Positions 22,465 through 34,799 of a DNA stretch of 64,000 nucleotides are shown here, piece after piece. The position numbers and the translations under genes were made by a program. The number at the start of each line of letters is the position of its first letter. Positions within the stretch are counted from its first letter, which is position 1. The notes under the pieces are model-generated. The model had not been told where the DNA came from. It worked only from the letters and a program-made list of their open reading frames with translations, and did no database searches. This DNA is from Euglena gracilis (lineage: Eukaryota): assembly GCA_039621445.1 (NCBI GenBank), contig CP154954.1, positions 46,913,847 to 46,977,846 on the forward strand, read 5' to 3'.

Positions 22465-25400
22465 CGGGACACCCCGGGCTCCGCACTTTACCCTTGTGAG
22501 GCCATGCTTTTCTCGCCGACGGTGCTGTGTGATTGCTAGCTGCGCTTGGTTAGGGTACCCGGTTAGTTCCTTTTTTTGGCCGGAGTTGGCTGACTCTTAA
22601 ATTGCCCTTCGACAACCCGGAATTGAGGAAGTGAGTTTCAAACGCAGGAGAACCAAAAGGACAAGTCAATGTCAAAAAAATATTCAGAAGTAGACGAGCC
22701 AGACGAATTTCACTTGACAAGTCAATTATCAATTTCAAAATCGGCTTCAATGAACAATGAAGTGGGGATGAAGCTTGAATTTTTCGGTCGACGCGAACTA
22801 CCTGGAGCAGCTGTCGCCGTGGCAGCCGGAGGACCTGGAGGTGCAGACGACATGTGGCGAACCGTGGCCGCCCCCCGATCCCACCGTCAGAAATTTCCCA
22901 GCAGAAAATCCAACCGAGTGACGGCCACGGCCTGTGGACCACAGTGGCGAGAAAGACCAGAAGAAAGAAGGAACCCCCAGCGCAGCAGAAACGCCTGGGC
23001 ATTGGAGCCCAATCAAGCAAGATGGGACAAAAGCAGACCAGAGGATTCCAAAGACATGTTCCACAACGGCGCCCAGTCGCCAGAACACAATTTGAACAGA
23101 AGTGGAGAAGATGGAATCAAGGCCAAGGTGGAGGCCACGTTGGCCAATTCCAAAAGAAATTACCTTCAGGAAGGGGCAGAAGAGGTCTGCCAAATCCCCC
23201 AAACTTTCTAAAACAACTACCCATCCAAAGGGAAGGGGGGGGAGGCACAGCAACCCCCCAAGCTTTCAAGCGGAGCTGGAGACCAACGTCAAGCTCAGGT
23301 GAGATCATAGCCAAGGAGGCCAGAGTTCGAATCATTTGCTTTTGCACGGCCATGGAGGTCATTATCTTCATGGACATGGCAGCCATTATCTTCAGGACCA
23401 AGATGGCCAGAACTCACAGGGCCATGGGAACCAAAGGGGTGTTCCATAACTGGCCCCCCAGAAGCAAAGCTGCCAACCTTATCATATCAATCAATTCCAG
23501 CAGCCCCAGGAAGATGCCCCAGACAGGGAAAAGGATGACAAGGGATGATTAATTCTTTTTTCCCATGGAAGGGGAAATCAAAGGGGGCAACTTGAAGGGC
23601 CCCTCTATGGTATGTAAGCAGACAACCGGAATGAAAAGATGGAGGACCAGAGAGTCTGTGAGAGAGGGGGTGTGTGCATGAACACCCCCATCAATTACAT
23701 TCTTTTCAAACCCTGGGAAATGAGGGTTGTGAAATGTCCCAAAGCCCCAACCCATATCCCAGAAAATTAATTGATCAAGGGAATAAATTCATTGGAGGAA
23801 AAGTGGGGGGACACCCCCTTGCACCAGAGACTGCAAAAAAGTCCAAAATGGCGGCTGAAAAATGCCCCCCTCCCCAGCCACCTGCCAACTCATAAAAGAT
23901 AGCATTCACCCCCCCCCCCTTGGGTCAAACCCCCAATATTATCCACACATCCAAAAAAACAGAACCAACCTGGACCTGAAACAGGCCGAAACAATCCTGT
24001 CGGACTACAAAACAATGGGTCCAGAAAGAGGGTTCAGGATTCAGGAACCCAACATCTAATTCCCTGATTCCTGATATCAAAGCCAGAAGGGGAACAAACG
24101 AAGTGGAGGTTCATAAGCGACTGCAGGGAAATAAACCAAACTTCTCCCGTGAAAGATTTTCAAAGTAGATCACATTCAAAACATTTTCCCAGTTTTGCAT
24201 AAAGGCCACTGGGCGGCAAAAATCGACTTAAAAGGCGCATATTTTCACCTTCCAGTGAACCCAGCCCCAAAACCCTTTCTAAAGCATCAGGTGGGGGGCA
24301 AACCTGGGAATTCCAGGCAGGCTGTTTTGGCCGAAGTGTGATGCAACAAATTTTTATGTCAGTCATGAAGACATTCGAAAAACGTCGGAGGAAAAATGGA
24401 CTCCAGGTTTTATTTACCTGGACGACATTTTATTGGTTGCACCAACCCAAAATAAATTGCAAAAACACTTGAGCAGGGTGGTCAGTGACCTAATCGATTC
24501 GGGGTTCAAAATAAATGTCAAAAAGTCAACCTTGAAGCCCACACAGGTTGTAAGCCACTTGGGCTTCCAGTTAAATTTCCAAGAGGGAAAATGCAAATTG
24601 CCCCCCGAAAAGTGAAAACAATAGAAAAGGAGCTTAAAAAAACAGCGAAAAAAGATTTCATGTCGAAAAGGCAGTTGGCTGCCAGGCCAAATCAGGTGCA
24701 ACCTCATGGCCCTGCACCTTTTATTTAAGGGCTTTCACAGATCCCCTGACAACATTTTGGGTCTAAAAGTCTGCAGCCGCATGGGACTCAAAGCATTCCA
24801 TTTCACAGAACATAAAAGTCCATTTGATGGAAACATAAAATCTGCTAGACACCTGGAGGGAGACCTTTCCCCCAAAGTGCAACAAGGGATTTACACTGCG
24901 ACAGGAGCACCCATTCCTGGAGGGGGGGGGGCTGGACGTTCATGTCCCGGAGTTTGGAGAGAGCTCCATTTTTCATGTCAATATAAAAGAATTACGTGCC
25001 ATCAGCACAGTGAAAAGTCTAAGCAGGCCAGGGGAAACGGTGGACAATCAGGTGATTTATTATTTCCTGACAAAGGGGGGGGGGCAGAAAAGGCCCTTTC
25101 AACAGCCGTCTACGGCCATTTTTCAAATGGTGCAAGGAAATTCTTTAAATCTACAAGTGAAATGGGTTCCTTCAGAGAAATGCTTAGCAGACCCCATAAG
25201 CAGGTGGCAATAAGACAGGGGGGATCACTCACTCCCAGCTCTTTCAGTGGCTAAGGCTGCATTTCAAAGACTTCATAAATTTGGAAACAGATTTATTTGC
25301 CTCCCCAGGCAACAAAAAACTGACAAATTTTGTAGCCAGATGGCCCCACTGAGATGCCACAGCAGTGGAAGCTCTCCAATGCCCACTGACAACATTGGGG

Positions 25401-26963
25401 ACTATATGCCAACCCCCCCCCCTGTCAATAATTACAAAATTCCTCCCATGATTGAAAATTTTCCCCCAGACCGAAGTTTTGATGGTCACCCCGTTTTGGA
25501 ATTCAGCCACGTGGTGGCCCCAATTATATTAATAAAGATGAAAGTTCCAGGGACCACCTGCGTGAAAATGCATGATTTGCTCAGGAAAAATATTGGATGG
25601 GGAATAAATACAAATAAAACCATTGAATGTTTCCTGTGGAGAAATCCCAGCCTAAGGCGTTATCAAAGCGGTTTTGCGCTTCTTTGGGTTATTTTGGAGA
25701 AAATGCCCCCCCACCCCCTAAAGCCACCACAGACCAAGTGGCTGACGCCTTGACCTAAATATTCTAATTTTCAAAAACCCAGGCCAGTAATACATACAGG
25801 GTTAGGGTTAGGGTTATGGTTAGGGTTAGGGTTAGGGTTAGGGTCAGGGTTAGGGTTAGGGTTAGGGTTAGGGTTAGGGTTACCGTTAGGGTTACGGTTT
25901 GGGCTAGGTTTAGGGCTATGCTTTTGATCTCTGGGTTTGGTGGACTGAGATTCCACACCATGTTAGCACCTTACCAAAAGACTTTGGAACCAAAACTTGG
26001 AGAAATACGATGCATTTTCGGACACCCTCCCAAAACCCCCTCCGAATACTCCAAGGGCTGGCCTAAGCTCCCTTCCCCAGTGATATTTGTACATTGCGTA
26101 CACAGCTCATTTTTTGTGCCCGAATCCTCTGTTTTTCTCGACCTTCTGATTTGGAAAGAATCAAGCGTACAAATTTGGCGTAAAGGCCCAAAGCTCCACA
26201 AGTGGGAGAGAGTTGTGACACTTCCCCAATGTCCACAAATCAGCCCTTTTCATTTGATGATGTCCTATGTGGCTGCCACACGTTCATACGTCAGACCTGG
26301 GGTTGCCCTCCTCATTTCACTAAAACCCCCTCATAAAACCATAAGTGCTGACACAATTGCTTCAATGACCGAAGATTATTTGGCCAAAAAAGAGGCACCC
26401 CCCAGGTGTGGGGGACCCATTGCACCAGAGGGGCTGGAGTTAGTTTACTCAAAAAATTAGGCCTTTCTGCCCAAGAAGTTCGTGAAATTGGCCAGTGGAG
26501 GAGGGTGGAGGCATTTACAGCCCATTATCAACGACTTGGTTCCCAAGCTTCCTTAGAAAATGCCCTGCCCCCCCTAATTCTAGTGCGCAATCAGGCCTCA
26601 CAAAGGGCAAAGTGTGGAGCCCGAGGTGTCTCGTACTCCCTCGAGGAAAACCGACAAGGGAGGAAGGGACACCGAGGGCGAACCACAAAGACATTGTGAG
26701 CCCGACCCGCCCACCCGTGAAAGAAAATTTGTTTTCAAGAGCCCTGGGTCAAAAGAAAACGGGAGCCAGGGACCCCCCCCCCCCCGAGGAGCAAGAAGCC
26801 ACGTCGCCACGTCGGAGCAGCATCATCAGCCAACCGGGGACTCCTAACCCAGCGCAGCGAGCAATCATACAACACCGCCGGCGAGCAAGGCATGGCCTCA
26901 CAAGGTTTTTGTGCTTCGACCTCGGTGTCCCTTCCTCACTTGTCGGTTTTCCTCGAGGGCGTA
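22465..26963 (+). mobile_element. DIRS1-like tyrosine-recombinase retrotransposon, full length but decayed
   Basis: Left ITR 22465-22565 is complementary to 26833-26905. ICR ~26594-26702 is complementary to both ends. Frameshifted RT (YLDD at ~24415; KINVKKSTLKPTQVVSHLGF), RNase H (~24890-25210), MT remnant, and YR (~25610-26560; HCTRGAGVSLLKKLG...IGQWRRVEAFTAHY). Confidence 0.9.
25798..25911 (+). repeat. Interstitial telomeric repeat, 19 units of (TTAGGG)-like sequence, inside the YR ORF
   Basis: 114 bp of mostly perfect AGGGTT units between ...AATACATAC and AGGGCTATG.... Confidence 0.92.
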
Positions 26964-28030
26964 AAAAAGAGGGCAGCGGAGGCTGGGGAATGCAGAAGCC
27001 GCAGAATCTTAGGTAGCGGCAGCAAAACCCCAGTCCGTGGCCGTCACAAGCCCCCACCCCCGGAAAGACAGCGAATTTACAAGGCCAAGGCAATGGCCAG
27101 CATTATCACAAAGACTGGGGCTATGTCAGTCACCAATATCAACAGGAAGGGAGTCTGCAGCAACAGGTCAAACAGACACTCCCCAAGGGCAGCAGATCCA
27201 GGCAGGTCATCAGCCCTTCAGGTCAAGGCCCTGGTGGCCATCATTTCCAGGTTCAAGCTATGGAAGCCAACACTATCAAAAGCCATGACAGCCGTCGTCT
27301 TCATGAAGCCGAAAGACTGCAGCAACAATTTCAATCACAAGGCTACCAGGTTCGTACAAGGCACTCTTGGGGGGCGGAGGCCCAGGCCCATTTCAGAAAG
27401 GGCCTCCCAGAAGCTAAATGATTGCACTAGCACACCCTTATATACACCTCCCCACTGCAGACAACACAGACTTTCCCCCGTAGGTAAAACGTTGAGGGAA
27501 AGCCTGTCTTTGAGCAACCCTCTGGTAGGGCCAGAAGTGACCCTAGTGATGGGGCACCCAAAGGGAAAGGTTCTCCCCAGTGTCGGGCATGTGGAATGCC
27601 CAGACACTTTAAAAACAGGGTGGACCCCTACAGGGCCCCATTGGCAGAAAGCAGAAGCCGAACAAGGAGGTGCTAAACCTCATCAGAGAGGGGGTTGTGG
27701 CAGATCTGCCCCTTCCCCCTCAAATGTCTTTAGAAAACTCCCTTCAAATAACCCCAAGAAAATGTCTGCTCAAAGAATTCTGAAGGAAAACGGATTTTCA
27801 ACAGCAACCAGACAAATCACCCCAGAAGAGGCATTTTTTTCTTTTGTCATCATTTCCAAGAAAAGAGAATGAAAGACAAGTGAAAGACTAATTTGACACT
27901 GTAGACAATTAAATATCCACTCCACCCACCAGAAATTCAGAATGGAACACATGGAAGACATTCTCCCATATTTAATAAAAGTTGGTTCTCTGGAAAAAAA
28001 TCGACCTCAAAGATGCTTATGTTCATTTAA
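26964..28030 (+). mobile_element. Fragment of another DIRS element (gag C-terminus and RT N-terminus)
   Basis: FFSFVIISKK ... CRQLN ... KFRMEHMEDILPYL ... KIDLKDAYVHL; directly abuts the right end of the 22465-26963 element. Confidence 0.75.
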
Positions 28031-28945
28031 TTGTGATTGATTTTAATTGCAACACAAAACAAAATAATGGAACAGATAAAGAGAAAAAACCCATGAGAAT
28101 ATGTTTTTGATGCAGCTGATGGGCAGTTAAATTTCGGTTGAGTGCGCTGATTCCTAAGCGCTCTCATAACCAAAATTTCTGCTCCGTGCATGAACCAACC
28201 CAAATAAAAATTATGGTTTCCCTCCTTTATTTTGATAAACTATGCTGAATTCCATCATTATTGAGCCTCACAAACCCCTGCAAAAACTGCGGGAATTCAG
28301 GCGCCAATCTCAGAAAATTCTGCTCCAAGGGCTCGCAAGCACCCTCACCAAATCCAACATTTTCCCTGAAAACCAAAGTAAAACTGCATAAAAAGCCTAA
28401 AGCACGCTAAATCGGCCCAAAATCACCATTTAGGAATACCTAGAATCAGTCAATCCTTCTCCTTGCACAACCATCCCATGGGCGCCTTGGAGAGAAATTT
28501 TTTAAGGAAATGTTCAGAAAACTTTAAAATTCGAGCTAAACCGCCCCAAAAAGGACTTTTGAAGAGGAAAAGGTCCGCCGCCCGGTGGTCGGCCTCAAAC
28601 GGTCATTAGCTAACCCCCCCCCGAACAGTGCCCCCCCCCCCCCCCCCGAATGGAAGCCCCCCTCGGTTTTCGACCAAAATTCCGAATATTCCCCCTCCCG
28701 GACGGTAGGCCCCTGCCAGTAGATCAGTCAATTGGGGCGGATGGCAATTTGGTTTCTTCAGGCATTGGCTAAATGAGGGTTGAGATATTTTATGTTTCAT
28801 GATCCGGTGCATCCACAAGAGAAACATTTGCAGCAAATTTGACATGGTTTGGAAGGATAGGACATGTGGAGTTCCAGGGCTTGTTTGCCTGGGGCGTAGG
28901 ATCGAATTCTCTTTCTCTCCGGTCGGGCCGTTCTTTTTACCCCCG

Positions 28946-29016
28946 TGGGGGTACCCGCCGGGACTCGAACCGGGATCTTTGGGACCACAACCGAGTGCCA
29001 GATCCACTCGGGTACC
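28946..29016 (-). ncRNA. tRNA-His(GTG)-like module without a D stem (copies at 29254-29324 and 29561-29631)
   Basis: GGTACCCG/CGGGTACC perfect 8-bp acceptor stem followed by CCCA; T arm CCCGG-TTCGAGT-CCCGG; loop TT-GTG-GT on a mismatched anticodon stem. Confidence 0.6.
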
Positions 29017-29113
29017 GGTGGCGATAATTAAGGCGTGCCGCCTGCAGGGCCTTCTCCGGTCTCGACCCTGGGCTATCGCCCGATTACCGCCAGGTGGTCC
29101 GCCCGCGTTCGCT

Positions 29114-29177
29114 TGGGGTAGTTGGCCGGCCTCGAACCGGCCACACTCCCCTTCCTCGGGAATCAACCTCTGCTACC
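29114..29177 (-). ncRNA. 64-nt D-armless tRNA-like module (copy at 29421-29484; partial copy at 29729-29760)
   Basis: GGTAGCAG/CAACTACC acceptor stem (6/8) followed by CCA; ATTCCC-7 nt-GGGAGT arm; perfect T arm GCCGG-TTCGAGG-CCGGC. Confidence 0.55.
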
Positions 29178-29977
29178 AGTTCCAGGGCTTGTTTGCCTGG
29201 GGCGTAGGATCGAATTCTCTTTCTCTCCGGTCGGGCCGTCCTTTTTACCCCCGTGGGGGTACCCGCCGGGACTCGAACCGGGATCTTTGGGACCACAACC
29301 GAGTGCCAGATCCACTCGGGTACCGGTGGCGATATTAAGGCGTGCGGCCTGCAGGGCCTTCTCTGGTCTCGACCCTGGGCTATCGCCCGACTACCGCCAG
29401 GTGGTGCGCCCGCGTTCGCTTGGGGTAGTTGGCCGGCCTCGAACCGGCCACACTCCCCTTCCTCAGGAATCAACCTCTGCTACCAGTTCCAGGGCTTGTT
29501 TGCCTGGGGCGTAGGATCGAATTCTCTTTCTCTCCGGTCGGGCCGTCCTTTTTACCCCCGTGGGGGTACCCGCCGGGACTCGAACCGGGATCTTTGGGAC
29601 CACAACCGAGTGCCAGATCCACTCGGGTACCGGTGGCGATAATTAAGGCGTGCCGCCTGCAGGGCCTTCTCCGGTCTCGACCCTGGGCTATCGCCCGATT
29701 ACCGCCAGGTGGTCCGCCCGCGTTCGCTTGGGGTAGTTGGCCGGCCTCGAACCGGCCACAGTGGGCCCACAAAGAAATTTCTTCGATAATTCTCGGACAC
29801 CCTGGTTTTCGACCACTTTTCCGAAAAGTGTCCCCCCTCCCCGAATAGAAGCTCCCACCCCCTCGGTTTTCGTCCAACGTTCCGAATAGAAGCCCCAGGG
29901 GGCTTCTATTGGGGAGGGGTTAGTACAGTAGAGTGGGTAGTCACACTAGAACAAAACACAAACACCAAGTCAGGCAG

Positions 29978-32900
29978 CGCGACACTTCGGGCACCGCACG
30001 TCCCTAAGGTGAGCCATGCCTTATTTGCCAGAGTTTTGAAGGTGAATTTTTTGGGAAGGTTATCTTTGCGCATGTAGTGCTCTGTTTTGCCTGTTTTCCT
30101 GTTTGCCTATTTTTCCTGTTTTGTCTCTATATTGGCTGTTCTCAATTGCCCTATGGCAGAAGTACTGGTGCAGTTTATCTCAGCGACAGACCCTACAGAG
30201 ATACAATCCCTTTACAATGCTATTTTTTTCGTGACGAAAGCACTTGGAGTATCGCCTCAATGGACTACAATGAGGTTCGTGGTAGCAGTGGAGCAGCTGT
30301 GTGGAGAGGCCATGGTGGCCGCATCAACCAAACCTACATCGAAGCGTGGCTCTTCTCGCTCGCCCTCGCGTGCGAGGTGGAGATGGGGCCGTCGTTGAGT
30401 TGACGGACAAACAGGCCTCCGTGGCCTACAAGCTCTGAAAGTCCAGGCGCTGCGAAGCAGGGATGGAGTCGTTCCCCGGAAGCTGCAGCACCTGAAGGTG
30501 CGGCGATGACATTGGAAACTAACAGGGAAGCGCACGCGACGACGCAGGACAACGAGGAAGAGCCCCTGGAGTGGGAGTAAACCCGCCAGAGCCTGTGGGC
30601 GGACCCGGAGAAGGTCCTTCTCCAGCAGCAAGCGGGCTCTTTGACTTTGGATATCCGTTCTTAATTGGAAGGGTTACCCAAGTTCCAAGGCCTAAGGACA
30701 AGCCAGAGGTCAACAACCACCGGTGGTACTCCACCCCAAAGTTAGACAACCTGCTTTGGGCCAGACAGCAAATAATTTTGAGTTTGTTGAGGACGTATGC
30801 AATGATTCGCGAAGGAGTGCAGGCTAACAAGCTCGTATTGAACCAGTAGTTATTCTACCTGCTGTTGTAACTGGACGTCTGGTTGGTGGGCGGAGAGGAA
30901 GAAGGCCTCCCTGCCCCTGCCCAAGTCGGTGGAACAGATGGAGCAGAAGTTGTTCTTGGCGGATGACCTGAAGATTCAACAGGAGGCGGAGTAGATCAAA
31001 AAAGTCAAAGGTTGTTTCTCCAGCCTTGGAGATTTTTCCAATGCTTCCCCCTCCATCACTGGTAATTCCCAGAAGGGAATGTCGTGTACTTCACTTTCCA
31101 CAGATGGAGGATTCAAGTTCAAGAAGTGTGGAAAAGCAAAAAGTGGAGGAGAATGGCGAAGATTTGGAGAAGGACAAGGCAAAGAGGGGTGGAAGAGAGG
31201 AGGAAAATTCAAACGCAGCGGCAAGCCCTGCCCAGCTGCCTCAGCAGCCTCGGGGAAGGGGAAACCTCCAGAACCCCACCTGCCCAGCACCCACAGTGGG
31301 CTGCAGCAGGGCCCCAATGGCAGGAGCCACAGAGGCCTGGCCGCCCCCACAAGCCAAAGGTATCCCAGGTCTGTGCACACCCATCATTCATGCACATTCC
31401 CCCAGTATTCCAGTGGAGGAAATGGTGAATCTTGCAGAAGGGGCCTGGGGGGACACACCACCACCCCAGAGGTTGAGAACATGTCTGCCCTGGTGCGAAA
31501 AACATGCCAGTCCTCACCTTGTTACACTGATCATGGAGGGGCTCACACCCCAGCCTTTCTGTGACAGGCAGAAAAGGCTCCAATTTGGAGCAAGCCAGAA
31601 AAAATTGTGGAAGATAACCAGAAATATGGGGCTGTGTAAAACGCGGAAGCAGATGGCACAGCCCATCTGCTCCACTGCTCCCTCATTTCCAAATACGAAA
31701 CCTCAGGGGAAATAAAATGGTGTTTCATTTCGGGATTGAAGAGAAATAAATGCACATTTCCAGGTGAAAAAGTTTACCCTGGATCACAGGCAGGGCATCT
31801 ACACCCCCCTCCAGAAACGTCACTGGGGGGCAAAATAGACTTAAATGTGCCTTATTTTCATCTACCCCAGCACGACACCCTAAAGCCTTATTTAAGGTGC
31901 AGGGTAGGAGACAATGTCTGGGAGTACCAAGCAGCCCCTTCTGGGCTAAACATGGTGCCCCAGGATTTACAGAAGAAGAATTCAGGTGTATGTATATTTC
32001 GACGACATACTAATCACAGCACCTACACCAAACATCTCAGCATAGAGGATTTAAGGCCAGTGTGTTCAAAATAAATGTAAAGAAAATCCTGCTGCGGCCC
32101 TTCCAACTGGTGCCCCACTGGGTTTGCATCAATTTCCAGGATGGGAAACTGCAACTTTCCCCTCAAAGGGCAAAGGGGGTAAGAAAAGAACTAGGAAAGA
32201 TCATCACAAAAAGCATCATGACAAAAAGGCAGGAGGCGTCCATTTCAGGAAGAATGAGATCATCTCTCCTGGCCCTGCCCTTTTTTTAAGGGCTTTCACA
32301 TGAATGCTCTCAAATTTTCTGGTAGATCACTCACCGGACCCTTGGGAGTCTCTCACCTCGTCTCCCAGGAAATAAAAGAGGAGGAAAAAATGTAAAAGAT
32401 TTGCTGGGGAATTGGTCAGGAAGACGATTTGTTCAAAAAAAACACAACATCTTGCACTCAGACAGCAGCACCATGCACTGGGGGGGACTGTGCCCAGCAT
32501 CATTAAAGTTCATCCAGGAGCACTGGAGGGAAAAAAAATCCCTTCACATAAATGTAAAGAACCCCTGGCTGCCACAAGCGCAGTCAGATCCCTGGCAAAA
32601 GCAAACGACAGAGTTCTGCCTGTGTGTGGACAATCGAGTAATCTTTTTAGTTAAGCAAGGGGGGAGAAAGAACCCTTTCAACAAAATTTCTCATCCATTT
32701 TTCCATTGGCTGATCCACAATGTCACCCTGGAGGTGCAGTGGTCCGCTTCAGCCAATGCATAGCAGACCCACGCAGCAGTTCAGGACAAGACAGGGGGAT
32801 TACTCCCTGGACAAAAAACTGTTTCGTCATCTGGAAAGAATTTTTCAGCCCTTCATCACACTCCAGACAGATCTTTTTGCCTCGCCAGAAATCAAAAGAC

Positions 32901-34007
32901 TTACAGATTTTTTGTCCAGATGGCCCCATTGGGAGGCAAAGGCAACAGATGCACTGCAGTGGCCACAGGAAAACCCGGGGGGGGGGCTCTATGCCAACCC
33001 CCCTGGTCCATAATTCAAAAAAATTCCGGCTACGCTGCAGCTTTTTCTCAAAGCAAGCGTTTTGATGGTGGTCCCCTTTTGGGATTCAGCAGCATGATGG
33101 CCCCTATCAATAAACCTGAAGGCCCCCCACACTCCATGTGTCAGAGTAAACCCTACCCGGAATTTCCAAAACTGTTGGGGATAAAAAAAATCTTACCCCT
33201 CCTTTGCCTGATCTGTTCAGGTCAATTTTCCAGGGCAGAAAAATTCTACCTGCATCCATTGATGACTTTGTAAGGTGGAATCCCAGCCCGAATACATATC
33301 AGAGTGGCTTTACACATCTCTGGAACATCCTCCCGCAGGGGGGGTCCCCCCCACCAAGCATCATCTAATGAAATTGCTGATGCTGTTGTGCAATTGTTCA
33401 GAGTTTCCCACACACAGGCCAGAAATGCCCATTCAGGTGTGTTACTTCCACCAGGGGTTCGGGGAAAAATAAGATTTCACCCCCTTTAAATCCGTAAAAA
33501 AAAGCGTGGAACAAAAATATTAAAAAATATGATGATGTCTGGAATCCCTGGCCTCTGCTGAGGCATCTGGCCTCAGCTCCATTCCCCTCCCTTCTGAACA
33601 ACATTGCACCCTTACGATTGCAACTCCTTCTTGTGTATTGCCTTTTAATGTTGCTCAGATCTTCAGATTTATCACAATGAACGTTGTTGAAGTTTATTAG
33701 ATACAGGCCCCTATGTAAAATTACAGGAAGCTCACCTCCTACGATTATTAAAGGGGCGGTTGGGTAGCGGGTGGATGGGCCATGCGTACAACCCTTCCTG
33801 GAATGAGGGCCACACTCACACCGTCCCCTCCATACATCCAGGAACGTTGTGAGAAGAAAATGGAGACAATTACAAAGGGCCAAAAAATTGTGTGTGTGAG
33901 AGAATGGTTTCTTCACCAGACATTCCCAAAATCTCCTCCTTTCACCTTGGGGTTTATGTTTTGCCCTCGGTGTCTCCCCATCCACCTTGGTCTTCCTCGG
34001 GGTAGTG
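29978..34007 (+). mobile_element. DIRS1-like retrotransposon, heavily decayed, with YR C-terminus and ICR deleted
   Basis: Termini resemble those of the neighbouring elements. RT KIDLNVPYFHL...WEYQAAPSGL, YFDD at ~31993; RNase H LHSDSSTMHWGG...HINVK; MT TDLFASPE...LYANPP; partial YR at ~33250-33740. Confidence 0.85.
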
Positions 34008-34042
34008 CCACTGCTGTCTTGCGCGTCGCCCAGACTGACTAT

Positions 34043-34329
34043 ACCATTGCTTAGCGACCGCTGGGGGGGTGACGGGGGGTCGCTTTCCACTCCGAAAAAC
34101 CAGCCAGCCACTTTTCTCGGCCAAACCAGTCAGTCTTACTCCCCCCGGGGCGGGCCACTCTGGAAAACAAGTGACTTTTTTCGCCTTTCAAGGCCATTTT
34201 GCCAAAATTTTCTCCGGCGCCGGCTGGCCACTTTTGGGTGATTTTTGGCCTACTCCACCCTCCGGGGATCACGGCCAAAAAACCAGTCAGTCATCCCCCC
34301 CCGGGGTTGGACAGGTGTTGAACAATGGT
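34043..34329. mobile_element. MITE with ACCATTGCT termini (related copies at 44207-44498, ~7206-7485, ~39358-39640)
   Basis: ACCATTG(C/T)T...A(A/G)CAATGGT termini; shared internal motif CACTCTGAAAAAACCAGTCAGTCAC. Confidence 0.7.
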
Positions 34330-34799
34330 CTGACCTGGACGCTTCCGCACAAGATGAAGTTCAATTATTTGGCCCACTGCCCCCCGGATATTCCAGGAAG
34401 CTCTTTTTCGGACTCCGGTGAAGAATGATCCAGGAGGAAGGGACAGCGAAGGCGGAGCACAAGACAACAGTGAGGTCCTGCTCTGCTTTCCGGCTGTTGT
34501 TTGTGTTTTTTGGTGTTGGTTGTGGTGTTTCTTACTGCGATGAGATGTCGGAGTAGGCGGACTTGGAGACGGTGTCGGACTTGTCGGTGGCTCGCGGCGG
34601 TGGGTTGCTGGCCTGTCTGTGGGTGAACTGAAATTTCTTGGGGGGGGGGGCTTTACCGACTGTTTTGTTCTTTTCCGGGTCGGAGGGGGGGCGGGCTCAC
34701 TGTTGTCTTGTGCTCCGCCTTCGCTGTTCCTTCCTCCTGGATCATTCTTCACCGGAGTCCGAGACAGCTTCGGCTCCGCACAAGACCCCAGTGAGGTTT

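Larger units (their letters stand above)
28870..29760 (-). repeat. Tandem array of 2.9 x ~307-bp near-identical units carrying tRNA-like modules
   Basis: Units start at 28870, 29178 and 29485 and differ by only a few substitutions; GTGG direct repeat on both sides. Confidence 0.92.
28610..29923. mobile_element. MITE (same family as 3556-4112) interrupted by the tRNA-like array
   Basis: CTAACCCC...GGGGTTAG termini; flanks homologous to 3556-3810 in reverse orientation. Confidence 0.75.

Noticed and set aside
25816-26460. Novel (RV)n-repeat protein
   Set aside because: Translation of inserted TTAGGG repeats within a decayed recombinase ORF.
28946-29016. Functional canonical tRNA-His gene
   Set aside because: No D stem in the fold with a good acceptor stem, and two mismatches in the anticodon stem; kept only as tRNA-like.
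28870-29177. Twister or hammerhead ribozyme in the repeat unit (GGTCCCAA motif)
   Set aside because: I could not assemble the full conserved core or pseudoknots by eye; an Infernal search is needed.
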